This document shows, piece by piece, positions 9,069 through 17,883 of a DNA stretch of 61,664 bases. Made by a program: the position numbers and the translations under genes. Positions within the stretch are counted from its first letter, which is position 1, and each line of letters begins with the position of its first letter. Under the pieces are notes generated by a model. That model saw only the letters and a program-made list of their open reading frames with translations. It was not told the origin of the DNA and searched no databases. Origin of the DNA: a virus (lineage: Duplodnaviria; Caudoviricetes); IMG/VR virus record IMGVR_UViG_3300014862_000003, positions 1 to 61,664 of that record; one strand, 5' to 3'.

Positions 9069-10078
9069 TGCCCGGAGGTGACGTGGACACCACCGAGATC
9101 GAACGCGCCCAGGAGTCCGGCGGCAGCGGCTCGTCCCGCAAGTACAACCGGGACCCGAGGGGCTCCACCACCGGCGGCCAGTTCACCGCCGGCAGCAGCC
9201 AATCCAGCACCAGTCAGTCCAGCGCCAAGCCCGTCTACGCGCCGCGCCCCAAGAAAGGCGGCGGCGGCGGCGCCAAGGAGCAACTCACCGCCCCGTCGTC
9301 GTCGAAGTTCAAGACCCTCGCCCCGGGTGAGGACAACGACGGCCAGGCCGTGGCCGAGATGCAGCAGCTTCTCACCGCCCTCGGCCTAGGAAATCTGACC
9401 TCCGGGACCTACGACAAGGACACCGAGAACGCGGTCCGGGAAGCCCAACGCCGACTCGGGATCAAGCCCAACGGCAAGGCCAACAAGGCGCTGATCAACA
9501 AGATGTTGACCGCCTACGACCTGTCCCCGTGCGTGAAACGCTCCGACGGCGGATCCGTGGCCGTCGAGATCCAGCGCCGACGGTCCTACCCCGGCCAGAA
9601 GTACCGCCACGGCTGGATCCCCGCCTCACCTCTCGCGCTCCTATCGCCCGAAGACGTCGACGACGAGTACGGCACCGAGATCGACTCGGTCGAGGTCGGC
9701 GACGAATGCCGCATCGTCGCCCGCCGCCACGGCATCACCGTCGAGTCCGACAAGGGCGACGCCATCGCCATCCACGCCACCCCCTCCGTCGAAGACGCCC
9801 CCCGCTGGGCCGACGCCATCGACGACGGCGAGACGTTCACCCGCCCTCACTTCTCCACCCAGCCCTACGACGGCGGCGTCACCATCCGCTTCGGCGACTA
9901 CCAGACCGACCTCGACGAAGACGAAGCCGGCGAAGTCGCCCAAGGCCTTCGGGACATGGCGTACCACGTCGAAGACGCCACGACCCCCGAGGAACCCGAC
10001 ATGCCAGAGATCGACGGCGACGAGGCATCCATTCCCGACGACCCGAGGCGTTCCCGATCGGAGGCCAGCAGTGTTTGA
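9068..10078 (+). CDS. Head-associated protein with peptidoglycan-binding (PG_binding_1-like) domain
   Basis: LAPGEDNDGQAVAEMQQLL..LG...GTYDKDTENAVREAQRRLGIKPNG pattern; also RDPRGSTTGGQF and KYRHGWIP motifs. Confidence 0.78.
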   Translation: MPGGDVDTTEIERAQESGGSGSSRKYNRDPRGSTTGGQFTAGSSQSSTSQSSAKPVYAPRPKKGGGGGAKEQLTAPSSSKFKTLAPGEDNDGQAVAEMQQLLTALGLGNLTSGTYDKDTENAVREAQRRLGIKPNGKANKALINKMLTAYDLSPCVKRSDGGSVAVEIQRRRSYPGQKYRHGWIPASPLALLSPEDVDDEYGTEIDSVEVGDECRIVARRHGITVESDKGDAIAIHATPSVEDAPRWADAIDDGETFTRPHFSTQPYDGGVTIRFGDYQTDLDEDEAGEVAQGLRDMAYHVEDATTPEEPDMPEIDGDEASIPDDPRRSRSEASSV

Positions 10079-10925
10079 CCTGCTTCGCTCGTCCACCCAG
10101 GACGACGACGTGACCGAGGAGCACACCCCCGGCCACGCCCCCTGCTGCCCCGACGTCCTCGACGACGAAGCGCACGTCTTCCGCCGCGAGTGGAACCTCG
10201 ACGGCATCGACATCCTCCGCGGCGGCCAGGGCGGCGACGGCCGCACCGTGGAGGCCTACGCGACTGTTTTTGACTCGCCGACCGAGGTCAAGGACCAGCA
10301 CGGCCACTACATGGAGACCATCCACCGCTCCGCCTTCGACGAAGTGCTGCGCGGCGGGATCGAACGGGTCTCCTGCTTCTACAACCACGGCATGGACATG
10401 ACCGGCCGCCCGTCAGACCGCTGGTCGGTCCCGATCGGCACGCCGCTGGAGATCAAGGCCGACGGCAAGGGCCTGCGTACCGTCACCAGGTACAACCAGG
10501 GCGCCGACGGCGACCAGATCATCGAAGCGATCAAGAACGGCGCCATCCGCGGTTACAGCTTCCGCGGCCCGATCCGCCAGTCCAACCCGCCGCGCATGCC
10601 GCGCGCCCGCGCCGGCATGGCCCTCCCGACCGTGACGCGGATGAAACTCGGGCTGACCGAGTACGGTCCCACCGCGGCCCCCTACTACGCAGAGGCGAAG
10701 GTTCTTGCCCTGCGTTCACGACTGTCCACCATGGATCCGAACCTGCTGGTTCGGCTGGTGGATCTGCTCAGCGCGACCACTCCTGAGGACCAGGAAGCGC
10801 TGCGCGCCTTCATTTCCGCCACTCCCACCGAGGGACCAGGCGCCGAGGACCAGCCGCAGGCACTCCGGTCGGCATCCAGTTACCGGCGAAAAATCGCCAG
10901 AGCCAAAATGGGAGTGCTGCAATGA
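10071..10925 (+). CDS. HK97-family prohead protease
   Basis: VEAYATVFD, ETIHRSAFD, FYNHG, PIG, GYSFRG, EYGPT..PYY motifs; upstream of capsid. Confidence 0.92.
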   Translation: MFDLLRSSTQDDDVTEEHTPGHAPCCPDVLDDEAHVFRREWNLDGIDILRGGQGGDGRTVEAYATVFDSPTEVKDQHGHYMETIHRSAFDEVLRGGIERVSCFYNHGMDMTGRPSDRWSVPIGTPLEIKADGKGLRTVTRYNQGADGDQIIEAIKNGAIRGYSFRGPIRQSNPPRMPRARAGMALPTVTRMKLGLTEYGPTAAPYYAEAKVLALRSRLSTMDPNLLVRLVDLLSATTPEDQEALRAFISATPTEGPGAEDQPQALRSASSYRRKIARAKMGVLQ

Positions 10926-12406
10926 GTACCAAGCGTCTGCAGGAAGTGCAGGCCGAAATGGAGCTGATCCGCAATCAGCTCGACGAGATCGAGGGTCTGC
11001 CCGACCCGGAGGGCGAAGAGGCCCTGCGGTCCCAGATCGTCAACGAGCGTGAGACCAAGGTCGACGACCTGATCGCGCGGTTCAAGGAACTCAAGACCGA
11101 ACTCGGTCCGCTCCAGGGGCGCGCTGACGAGCTCGAGGCGATCCGATCCGCCGCCCGCCAGCAGGCCCGCACCGAGTCCGGCGACGGGTCGGTCAGCCGG
11201 ACCCGCTACCTCGGTGGCACCGGTCCGCAGGTCATGCGGAGGGTCAAGCCGTACGAGGACATCGAGACCGTCCGCAGCGGCCTCATCGGCCGCGAAGACA
11301 TCATCAGCCGGGCCATGGCCGCCAACGACGGCGCGCCCGAGCACCTCCAGGACGACGCCCGGCAGAAGATCGCCGGGCTCCTCGAGGACGGCTCAAGCCA
11401 GGCCCCGCTCATCGCCCGGCACATGCTGCTGACCGGCTCGGACGAGTACCACCAGCAGTTCCGCGAGTACGTCCAGACCCGCGGCACCTACGCGGGTGAG
11501 GCGATCCGTGCGGCGATGAGCCTCACGGACGCCAACGGCGGCGTGCTCGTCCCGTTCACGCTGGACCCGACCATCATCCTCACCAACTCCGGTATCGCCG
11601 GATCGATCCGGTCGATCTCGACCGTCAAGACGATCGTCACGAACGACTGGAACGGCGTCACCTCAGCGGGCGTCGACGCTGAGTGGCTCGGAGAAGGCAC
11701 GCAGGCCGCGGACGCATCGCCGACCTTCGTTCAGCCGACGATCACGCCCCGCAAGGCGGCCGCGTGGGTGTTCGGCTCGTACGAGGTACTCGCCGACTCC
11801 GGCTTCGCCAGCGAGATGCAGATGCTCCTGGCCGACGCCAAGGTGCGCCTCGAAGAGGCTGCCTTCGCCACCGGCAACACGGCCGCGTCCAAGCCCGTCG
11901 GCATCGTCACCGCGGTGGCCGCCGTCACCGCGTCGATCGTGTCCTCGGCGACGATCACCTCGTTCGTCGCCGGCGACGTGTACCGGGTCTCGGACGCGCT
12001 GCGGCCCCGCGACGCCAGCGCGGCGAAGTGGATCGCCAACAAGCGGATCTACTCGCTCATCCGGCAGATGGACACGACCGGCTCGAGCGCCTTCTGGGCA
12101 AACATGGGCATGGGCGTGCCGAACGAGCTCCTCGGCCAGCCGCAGTACGAGTGCTCGACGATGGGCTCGGTGATCACCACGTCGGCGAACATCCTGCTGG
12201 CCGGCGACTTCAGCAAGTACTACGTGGTCGACCGGGTCGGGATGTCGGTGCTCTATGAGCCGATCGTCAAGTCGACGAACGCCAACCGTCCGACCGGGCA
12301 AGCAGGTTGGTTCGCTTTTTGGAGGGTAGGTGCCGACACGGTCGACCCCGACGCCTTCCGGTTGCTGCAGCTACACACCACTCCGGCGTTCACTGCGCGG
12401 GCGTAG
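10922..12406 (+). CDS. Major capsid protein (HK97 fold with N-terminal coiled-coil delta domain)
   Basis: Coiled-coil N-terminus, RAAMSLTDANGGVLVP, AEWLGEG, LLAGDFSKYYVVDRVG, RVGADTVDPDAF. Confidence 0.95.
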   Translation: MSTKRLQEVQAEMELIRNQLDEIEGLPDPEGEEALRSQIVNERETKVDDLIARFKELKTELGPLQGRADELEAIRSAARQQARTESGDGSVSRTRYLGGTGPQVMRRVKPYEDIETVRSGLIGREDIISRAMAANDGAPEHLQDDARQKIAGLLEDGSSQAPLIARHMLLTGSDEYHQQFREYVQTRGTYAGEAIRAAMSLTDANGGVLVPFTLDPTIILTNSGIAGSIRSISTVKTIVTNDWNGVTSAGVDAEWLGEGTQAADASPTFVQPTITPRKAAAWVFGSYEVLADSGFASEMQMLLADAKVRLEEAAFATGNTAASKPVGIVTAVAAVTASIVSSATITSFVAGDVYRVSDALRPRDASAAKWIANKRIYSLIRQMDTTGSSAFWANMGMGVPNELLGQPQYECSTMGSVITTSANILLAGDFSKYYVVDRVGMSVLYEPIVKSTNANRPTGQAGWFAFWRVGADTVDPDAFRLLQLHTTPAFTARA

Positions 12407-12462
12407 ACCGGAACGCGGCTCCCAGTAGGGAGCCTCTCCAGTCTGTGTAGTACCATCAGTGC

Positions 12463-13137
12463 ATGACCTGTGAGATGGATGGATGCGACAAGGTGGTCGT
12501 CGCCCGGAAGATGTGCCGGATGCATTACACCCGGTGGCAACGGACGGGCGACGCCACTACCGCACGGCCGAAGTTGGCCAAGGGCACCTACGCCACGTGC
12601 ACTGTGGATGGGTGCGAGAAGCCGCACGTCACCAAGGGTCTCTGCGAGATGCACCGTTGGAGAGTCCGCTACGAAGGAACTCCTGGTGCTGCGGCGCCGC
12701 GCCAGGGTCGTTCCGCCCGGGCCGAGAAGGGGCCCTGCACCGTTGAGGGCTGCGACCGCGCTTCGACCACGCAGGCCGGTCACTGCAAACTGCACTACGA
12801 ACGAATCCGGCGGACGGGCCATCCGGGCCCGGCCGGGACCATGGTCCGGCCCAACGGCACTGGCTGCCTGACGGAAGACGGTTACATCCGGCTGACGATG
12901 CCTGACGGCCGCAGGGTCCTGGAGCACGTCCACGTGATGGAGCAGTACCTGGGCCGGCCCCTTGTGCCCGGCGAGAACGTCCACCACCGCCACGGCATCA
13001 AGGACGACAACCGAATCGAGCACCTCGAGCTCTGGTACGTGGTGCAGCCGACAGGCCAGCGGGTGAGCGACCTGATCGCCTACGTCACGAAGTACTTTCC
13101 TGAAGAGGTCCGGCAGGCGCTAGCCACGCGCCGCTGA
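12463..13137 (+). CDS. HNH homing endonuclease with three CxxxGC...CxxH Zn-finger repeats
   Basis: EHVHVMEQYLGRPL..GENVHHRHGIKDDNRIEHLELW; TACCAT -10 box 6 nt before ATG suggests a leaderless mRNA. Confidence 0.92.
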   Translation: MTCEMDGCDKVVVARKMCRMHYTRWQRTGDATTARPKLAKGTYATCTVDGCEKPHVTKGLCEMHRWRVRYEGTPGAAAPRQGRSARAEKGPCTVEGCDRASTTQAGHCKLHYERIRRTGHPGPAGTMVRPNGTGCLTEDGYIRLTMPDGRRVLEHVHVMEQYLGRPLVPGENVHHRHGIKDDNRIEHLELWYVVQPTGQRVSDLIAYVTKYFPEEVRQALATRR

Positions 13138-13151
13138 CCCCCCGCTCCACA

Positions 13152-13187
13152 GGAGCCCCGACGCCAACCGCGCGCCGGGGCTTCTTC
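13152..13187 (+). terminator. Probable intrinsic terminator after capsid/HNH
   Basis: GAGCCCCG...CGGGGCTT stem followed by CTTC. Confidence 0.55.
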
Positions 13188-13251
13188 ATATCCACCTACT
13201 CCCGGCACCCGTTGGACGGCGGGTGCCGGGTCCGTCCAAACGTCCGGAGGA

Positions 13252-14007
13252 ATGATGTCTACCAAGGAAGCTGACGGCGTTGTCGTCGCGTGGGTGCGCC
13301 CGTCTGAGGTGCATGGCCTGTTCATGGAGAACATGCTGAACCTGGCCTACTACGACCGGGCCCACCATGACCGTATGGGTCCTGGCCGTGGCGGGTTCAC
13401 GTCGCAGCAGTCGTCCGCGAACATCTCCAGCGCCCGGAACACGTTGTGCATGGAGTTCCTGACCAACCATTCGGCGCCGTGGCTGCTGATGCTGGATACG
13501 GACATGACGTTCCAGCCGGACCTCGTCGAGGCTCTGCTCGAGCACGCCGACGAGGACAAGGCGCCGATCGTGGGCGGGCTTTGCTTCTCGATGGACAACG
13601 ACGGGAAGCTGTTCCCCACGCTGTATGACGTGATGGGGACTACGGAGTCGCCGGAGTTCGTGCGGTACCACGAGTGGCAGCCGGAGTCGATGATGCAGGT
13701 GTTCGCGACCGGAGCGGCGTGTCTGCTGATCCACCGCAACGCGCTGCGGGCGGTTCGCGATCACCGCGATGTGGACCGTCCGGGCCAGATTGGTTTTTCG
13801 CAGGCGTTCCCGTGGTTTCAGGAGACGGACTTCTACGGTCGGGCGATGGGCGAGGACATCACGTTCTGTCTGCGGGCTGGCCGGGCGGGGCTGCCGGTGT
13901 TCGTGAACACGGCGGTGAAGTTGGGGCACATCAAGCAGTTCGAGCTCAACTTCGAGCACTTCGCCGGCCAGCGTGCCCTGGAAGAGGCGAAGGCGGCGGC
14001 GGCATGA
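13252..14007 (+). CDS. Glycosyltransferase, GT-A fold (GT2-like)
   Basis: ISSARN, WLLMLDTD (DxD), ATGAACLLI, GEDITFCLR, KLGH. Confidence 0.88.
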   Translation: MMSTKEADGVVVAWVRPSEVHGLFMENMLNLAYYDRAHHDRMGPGRGGFTSQQSSANISSARNTLCMEFLTNHSAPWLLMLDTDMTFQPDLVEALLEHADEDKAPIVGGLCFSMDNDGKLFPTLYDVMGTTESPEFVRYHEWQPESMMQVFATGAACLLIHRNALRAVRDHRDVDRPGQIGFSQAFPWFQETDFYGRAMGEDITFCLRAGRAGLPVFVNTAVKLGHIKQFELNFEHFAGQRALEEAKAAAA

Positions 14008-14516
14008 GCATCGTGTCGTCCGACGTCGTCTTCAAGGCGCTCGTTGCCGCCGGCATTGTGGCCGAAGGCGACCGGGTCAGCCGAGTCGTGATCGACCTTC
14101 AGGTCGGCAATGCCCCCGTGCTCCACATCCGCCGCTTCGGTGACTCGCGTCTGCTGGAGGTCGTCGAGACCCTCGCCGGCGTTGAGGTCCGCGATGGCTC
14201 GGGTGACGAAGAGTCCGGCCTCAAGGCGGCCTCTGAGCACTGGGGCATTCCCGTGGAGCGTCTGCGCATCATGCCGAAGCATGAGCGAGATTGCGCTCTC
14301 GTCACCACGCACCACCTCACGTGCACGTGCGGTGTTCTCGCGAAGGCGACGTCCGGGGATGTGGTGGCAAGGTGTGAGGGCGAGTTGGGCGGCCACGAGT
14401 GGAGCGACCCTCGCTCTGGGCGGCTTCAGTGCGTGCGGTGCACGGCGCGACCGGTGACGGCGGGCAGTCAGGTTTCGTGGTCTACGCCACCAGCGAAAGC
14501 TGCGGCCGATGCCTGA
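14004..14516 (+). CDS. Hypothetical protein with Cys/His clusters
   Basis: ATGA coupling on the left; CTC, C...H, CVRC motifs. Confidence 0.65.
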   Translation: MSIVSSDVVFKALVAAGIVAEGDRVSRVVIDLQVGNAPVLHIRRFGDSRLLEVVETLAGVEVRDGSGDEESGLKAASEHWGIPVERLRIMPKHERDCALVTTHHLTCTCGVLAKATSGDVVARCEGELGGHEWSDPRSGRLQCVRCTARPVTAGSQVSWSTPPAKAAADA

Positions 14517-15171
14517 CATCGCGGTCATCGTGCCGGTGCTGGAACGTCCCCAGCGGGCGTTGCCGTTCATGGAGTCGCTGCTGGAGTCGGTCGGCTATGA
14601 CTGTGCGCGGGCCTACGCCGTCGTGAGCGAGGCCGACAAGCCGACGTGCGCCGCGTGGCTCTCGGCCAAGGCGAACGTGCTCATCACGCCGAGGATCACC
14701 TTCGCCGAGAAGGTGAACTACGCCTACGGCCTGACTGACGAGGAGTGGCTGTTCCTCACCGGCGACGACGTCGCGTTCCATCCCGGCTGGGCGGACGAGT
14801 TGCTGCGCGTGGCCGGCGAGACGGGCGCGCAGGTGGTCGGGTCGAACGATCTCACCAACCCGCGGACGGCGGAGGGCCGCCACTCGCCGCACATGCTGAT
14901 CTCGCGCCAGTACATCGCCGATCGTGGCGCTTCGTGGGATGGGCCCGGGGTTGTGTGCCATGAGGGCTACAGCCACATGTTCGTTGACGATGAGATCGTC
15001 ACGGTGGCGAAGCAGCGCGGCGTGTTCGCGTTGGCGAAGGATGCGGTCGTCGAACATCTGCATCCGGTGTCAGGGAAGGCCGAGGTCGACGCGACGTACC
15101 GCCTCGGTTGGTCGTATGCGGACCTGGACAAGTCGAGGTTCGCCGAGCGGATGCGGGAGTTCAAGCTGTGA
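14509..15171 (+). CDS. Glycosyltransferase family 2
   Basis: IAVIVPV..RP, FAEKVN, WLFLTGDDV, HMFVDDE, VEHLHP. Confidence 0.88.
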   Translation: MPDIAVIVPVLERPQRALPFMESLLESVGYDCARAYAVVSEADKPTCAAWLSAKANVLITPRITFAEKVNYAYGLTDEEWLFLTGDDVAFHPGWADELLRVAGETGAQVVGSNDLTNPRTAEGRHSPHMLISRQYIADRGASWDGPGVVCHEGYSHMFVDDEIVTVAKQRGVFALAKDAVVEHLHPVSGKAEVDATYRLGWSYADLDKSRFAERMREFKL

Positions 15172-15644
15172 CACAGAGCAGGGAAGAACTCGAGGACTGG
15201 TACAGCAGCCCGGACCCGTGGGGGTTCCAGACCAACCCCGATGACGCGGACCGGAAGCGGCGCATCCTCGCCGTCCTGCCCGGCCGGTTCAAGCGGGCGC
15301 TGGACATCGGCTGCGGCGAGGGGTGGATCACCAAGGACCTGCCGGCGGCGCTCATCCACGGGCTGGAGTGGAGTGAGACGGCCCGGGCCAGGATCCCCAA
15401 GCCCGTGGTCGCGGTGGACAAGCCGGTGGGCAGGTACGACTTGGTGCTGCTGACTGGCGTCCTCTACCGACAGTTCGACTACGAGGCCCTCCATGCACTG
15501 GTGGGTGAGCACGCCGCCAAGGGTGCGACGGTGCTCACCTGCCACATCAAGGACTGGGAACAGCCGTTGCCGGGTGAGGCGGAGCTGGTCGAGGAGTTCC
15601 CGTACCGGGAGTACCAGCAGGTGTTGCGGAGATTCAAGTGGTAG
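15168..15644 (+). CDS. SAM-dependent methyltransferase, NodS-like
   Basis: Y...DPW N-terminus, RALDIGCGEG motif I, YDLVLL.GVLY; GTGA coupling. Confidence 0.82.
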   Translation: MTQSREELEDWYSSPDPWGFQTNPDDADRKRRILAVLPGRFKRALDIGCGEGWITKDLPAALIHGLEWSETARARIPKPVVAVDKPVGRYDLVLLTGVLYRQFDYEALHALVGEHAAKGATVLTCHIKDWEQPLPGEAELVEEFPYREYQQVLRRFKW

Positions 15645-16108
15645 CGGTGTTCCACCGGATCGGGCCTCCGGATCCGGTGACGTTCACCAACTCCATGGAG
15701 CAGATCCGCACGTACGACGGTGAAAAGACCTTCGACGGCATCTACACCAGCGTCTGGGACCACCGGGACGACATCAGCGACCTCGGGGTGTGGCTGTTCG
15801 CCGCCGGCGACACCATCGGCAAGGAAGGGTTCGTCACCCACCACCAGCTCCTGACGTTGGTGCACGACTACGGTTGCCGGCTGGGCTGGCACACCTGGTC
15901 CCATCCGGACCTGCGGACGCTGTCCGACGACGAGATCAGGCGCGAGCTGGACGCGCCCGACTGGATGCAGCGCGACGCGTTCGCCTACCCGTACGGGGAC
16001 TTCGACGAGCGTGTCATCGGTCTGGTGAAAGAGGCCGGGTACGGCAAGGCGTACTCCACGACGCAGGGCAACGGCAGTGACTTCGCTATCTACCGCGCCT
16101 ATATCTGA
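15638..16108 (+). CDS. Polysaccharide deacetylase (CE4, NodB homology domain)
   Basis: TFDG, HTWSHPDL, FAYPYG motifs. Confidence 0.88.
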   Translation: MVAVFHRIGPPDPVTFTNSMEQIRTYDGEKTFDGIYTSVWDHRDDISDLGVWLFAAGDTIGKEGFVTHHQLLTLVHDYGCRLGWHTWSHPDLRTLSDDEIRRELDAPDWMQRDAFAYPYGDFDERVIGLVKEAGYGKAYSTTQGNGSDFAIYRAYI

Positions 16109-16718
16109 GCATGTGGCCGCCTGCCGGCGTGACGGCTTCGCGAGGATCCCCGGGGTGTTCGCCGTGGACGAGGTCAACCGGATGCGGGCCGAGGCGATCC
16201 TCGCGTGCCGCGGCGGGGCGCGCCTGGAGGTCCTGCACGGCTACCCGACGCTGCTGTTCTGGCCGAACAGCCCCTACCTGCGAGCGGTGTCGCAGGATCG
16301 GCGGCTGCTGGACATCGTGGCGGCCTACTACGGCCACGACGACTACGAGCTGGAAACCCAGCAGTACTACTTCCACCTGCCGGGGGACCCGGACGAGTTC
16401 GCGTGGCATAGCGATGAACGGTTCCGCCCGGGGGTGGGCAACCTGTACCTGCAGACGGCCGTTCTCGTCGACGACTGGACGGAAGGCAACGGCGCCGTCG
16501 AGTTCATCCCCGGCTCCCACAGGGAGCCGTTCGTGAACTCGGGCGATCTCAGGGTCTTCGTCAGAGGAGACCGCCGCGGGGTCAAACTGTTCGGCCAGGC
16601 GGGCGACGTGCTCACGTGGTCGAACACCGTTGTCCACGGCAGCGAACGCAACCAGGCCGTCACCCCGCGGCAGTACTTCATGAACGGGTTCAAAGCCAAG
16701 TCCCTGGCGGAGTGCTGA
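16077..16718 (+). CDS. Fe(II)/2OG dioxygenase (phytanoyl-CoA dioxygenase family)
   Basis: RDGFARIPGVF, WHSD, NGAVEFIPGSH, AGDVLTW...VHGS..N....R. Confidence 0.88.
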   Translation: MTSLSTAPISEHVAACRRDGFARIPGVFAVDEVNRMRAEAILACRGGARLEVLHGYPTLLFWPNSPYLRAVSQDRRLLDIVAAYYGHDDYELETQQYYFHLPGDPDEFAWHSDERFRPGVGNLYLQTAVLVDDWTEGNGAVEFIPGSHREPFVNSGDLRVFVRGDRRGVKLFGQAGDVLTWSNTVVHGSERNQAVTPRQYFMNGFKAKSLAEC

Positions 16719-17281
16719 TGGGTAACACCTGCGTCATCGCCAGCTACAAGTATGGGCACTTGGCCGCCCAGGCCATTGAGAGCGTGCTGAACCAGACCGT
16801 GAGGTTCGACAGGGTCCTGTTCGTCGACGACGGCGTGGGCGACTGCGGCCACCTGCCGGCCATCTACCCCGAGGTGGAGTTCGTTCTGCGACCCGAGCGG
16901 TTGGGCATCGTGGCGAACTTCAACGACATGCTCTCGCGCGTGCAGACCGAGCGGGCCATGTTCCTTGGTGCGGACAACTGGCTGGACCACCGCACGCTTG
17001 AGGTGACCGCTGCTGTCGATGCGGACATCGTGTCGTACGCGGCGTGGCTGATACAGAGCGGCGTACCTCAGCGCTGGGCGGTTGACGTGCCTCACGGGAG
17101 TTCGCTGTACAACGTCGCTAAGGCCAGGGCGGTGGGAGGTTATGAGTCCAGCGGCAACGTTCACACCGAGGAAGACAGCGTGATGTTTGCCCGCATGCGG
17201 GGCGTTGGCGCCACCTTCGTCAACCTGTCCGACACTCTCCTGCTCTACCGCTGGCGGCACCGGCTGAACTTCAACCGATGA
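16718..17281 (+). CDS. Glycosyltransferase family 2
   Basis: VIASYKY, AIESVLNQT, FVDDG, FLGADN, GGY, EEDS, YRWRH; TGATG coupling. Confidence 0.88.
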   Translation: MGNTCVIASYKYGHLAAQAIESVLNQTVRFDRVLFVDDGVGDCGHLPAIYPEVEFVLRPERLGIVANFNDMLSRVQTERAMFLGADNWLDHRTLEVTAAVDADIVSYAAWLIQSGVPQRWAVDVPHGSSLYNVAKARAVGGYESSGNVHTEEDSVMFARMRGVGATFVNLSDTLLLYRWRHRLNFNR

Positions 17282-17883
17282 TCTCCTGGATCGTTGCGTC
17301 TCACCACTACCCGACGCTGCGGGACAACCTCGCAGCCACTATGCGGGGCACCGGCGACGACGAGGTTGTGGTGGTGGAGAACGCCACGTCGATCGCCGCC
17401 GCGTACAACGAGGGCCAGGACCGGGCGCGCAACCCGATCCGATGCTACGTACATCACGATGTGCGCATTCTTGACGCACGGCGACTGCGGGCCGAACTGG
17501 TCGACGCCTGTACGTCACAGGTGGGCATGGTGGGCGTGGTCGGGTCCCGCACCGCGGTGTGGCCGTGGTGGGACGGGTTGACGCTCGGTTCGGTGGTCGA
17601 TGGCCGGATGGGTGTGCTCAACCTGGGCTCGGGCGGGCCGTGCGCAGTGCTCGACGGACTGCTGTTGGCGACTGTCCACACAGTCCAGTGGGACGAGTCG
17701 TACCCGGGTTGGCATGGCTACGACCACGACATGTGCGCCCAGATGGTTGCCCACGGCCTGTCGAACCTGTGCCTCACCGACGGCTACCAGATGGTGCATC
17801 ACAACACGGACGGGCCGACGAATGTCGGCTACGTCGACGGTTGGGCCGAGGCGGAGCGCCGCTACCGGGAGAAGTGGGGCTGA
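17278..17883 (+). CDS. Glycosyltransferase (Glyco_tranf_2_5-like)
   Basis: SIAAAYNEG, YVHHDV, GMVGVVG, AVLDGLLLA, WHGYDHDMC. Confidence 0.85.
   Translation: MISWIVASHHYPTLRDNLAATMRGTGDDEVVVVENATSIAAAYNEGQDRARNPIRCYVHHDVRILDARRLRAELVDACTSQVGMVGVVGSRTAVWPWWDGLTLGSVVDGRMGVLNLGSGGPCAVLDGLLLATVHTVQWDESYPGWHGYDHDMCAQMVAHGLSNLCLTDGYQMVHHNTDGPTNVGYVDGWAEAERRYREKWG

Noticed and set aside
15168-17281. True Nod-factor biosynthesis
   Set aside because: No NodA acyltransferase; the GT2 proteins are short and lack NodC membrane segments
13252-17883. DNA hypermodification cluster
   Set aside because: Disfavoured, not excluded: it lies in the late structural operon, with no DNA polymerase, hydroxymethylase or TET/JBP-type gene recognised
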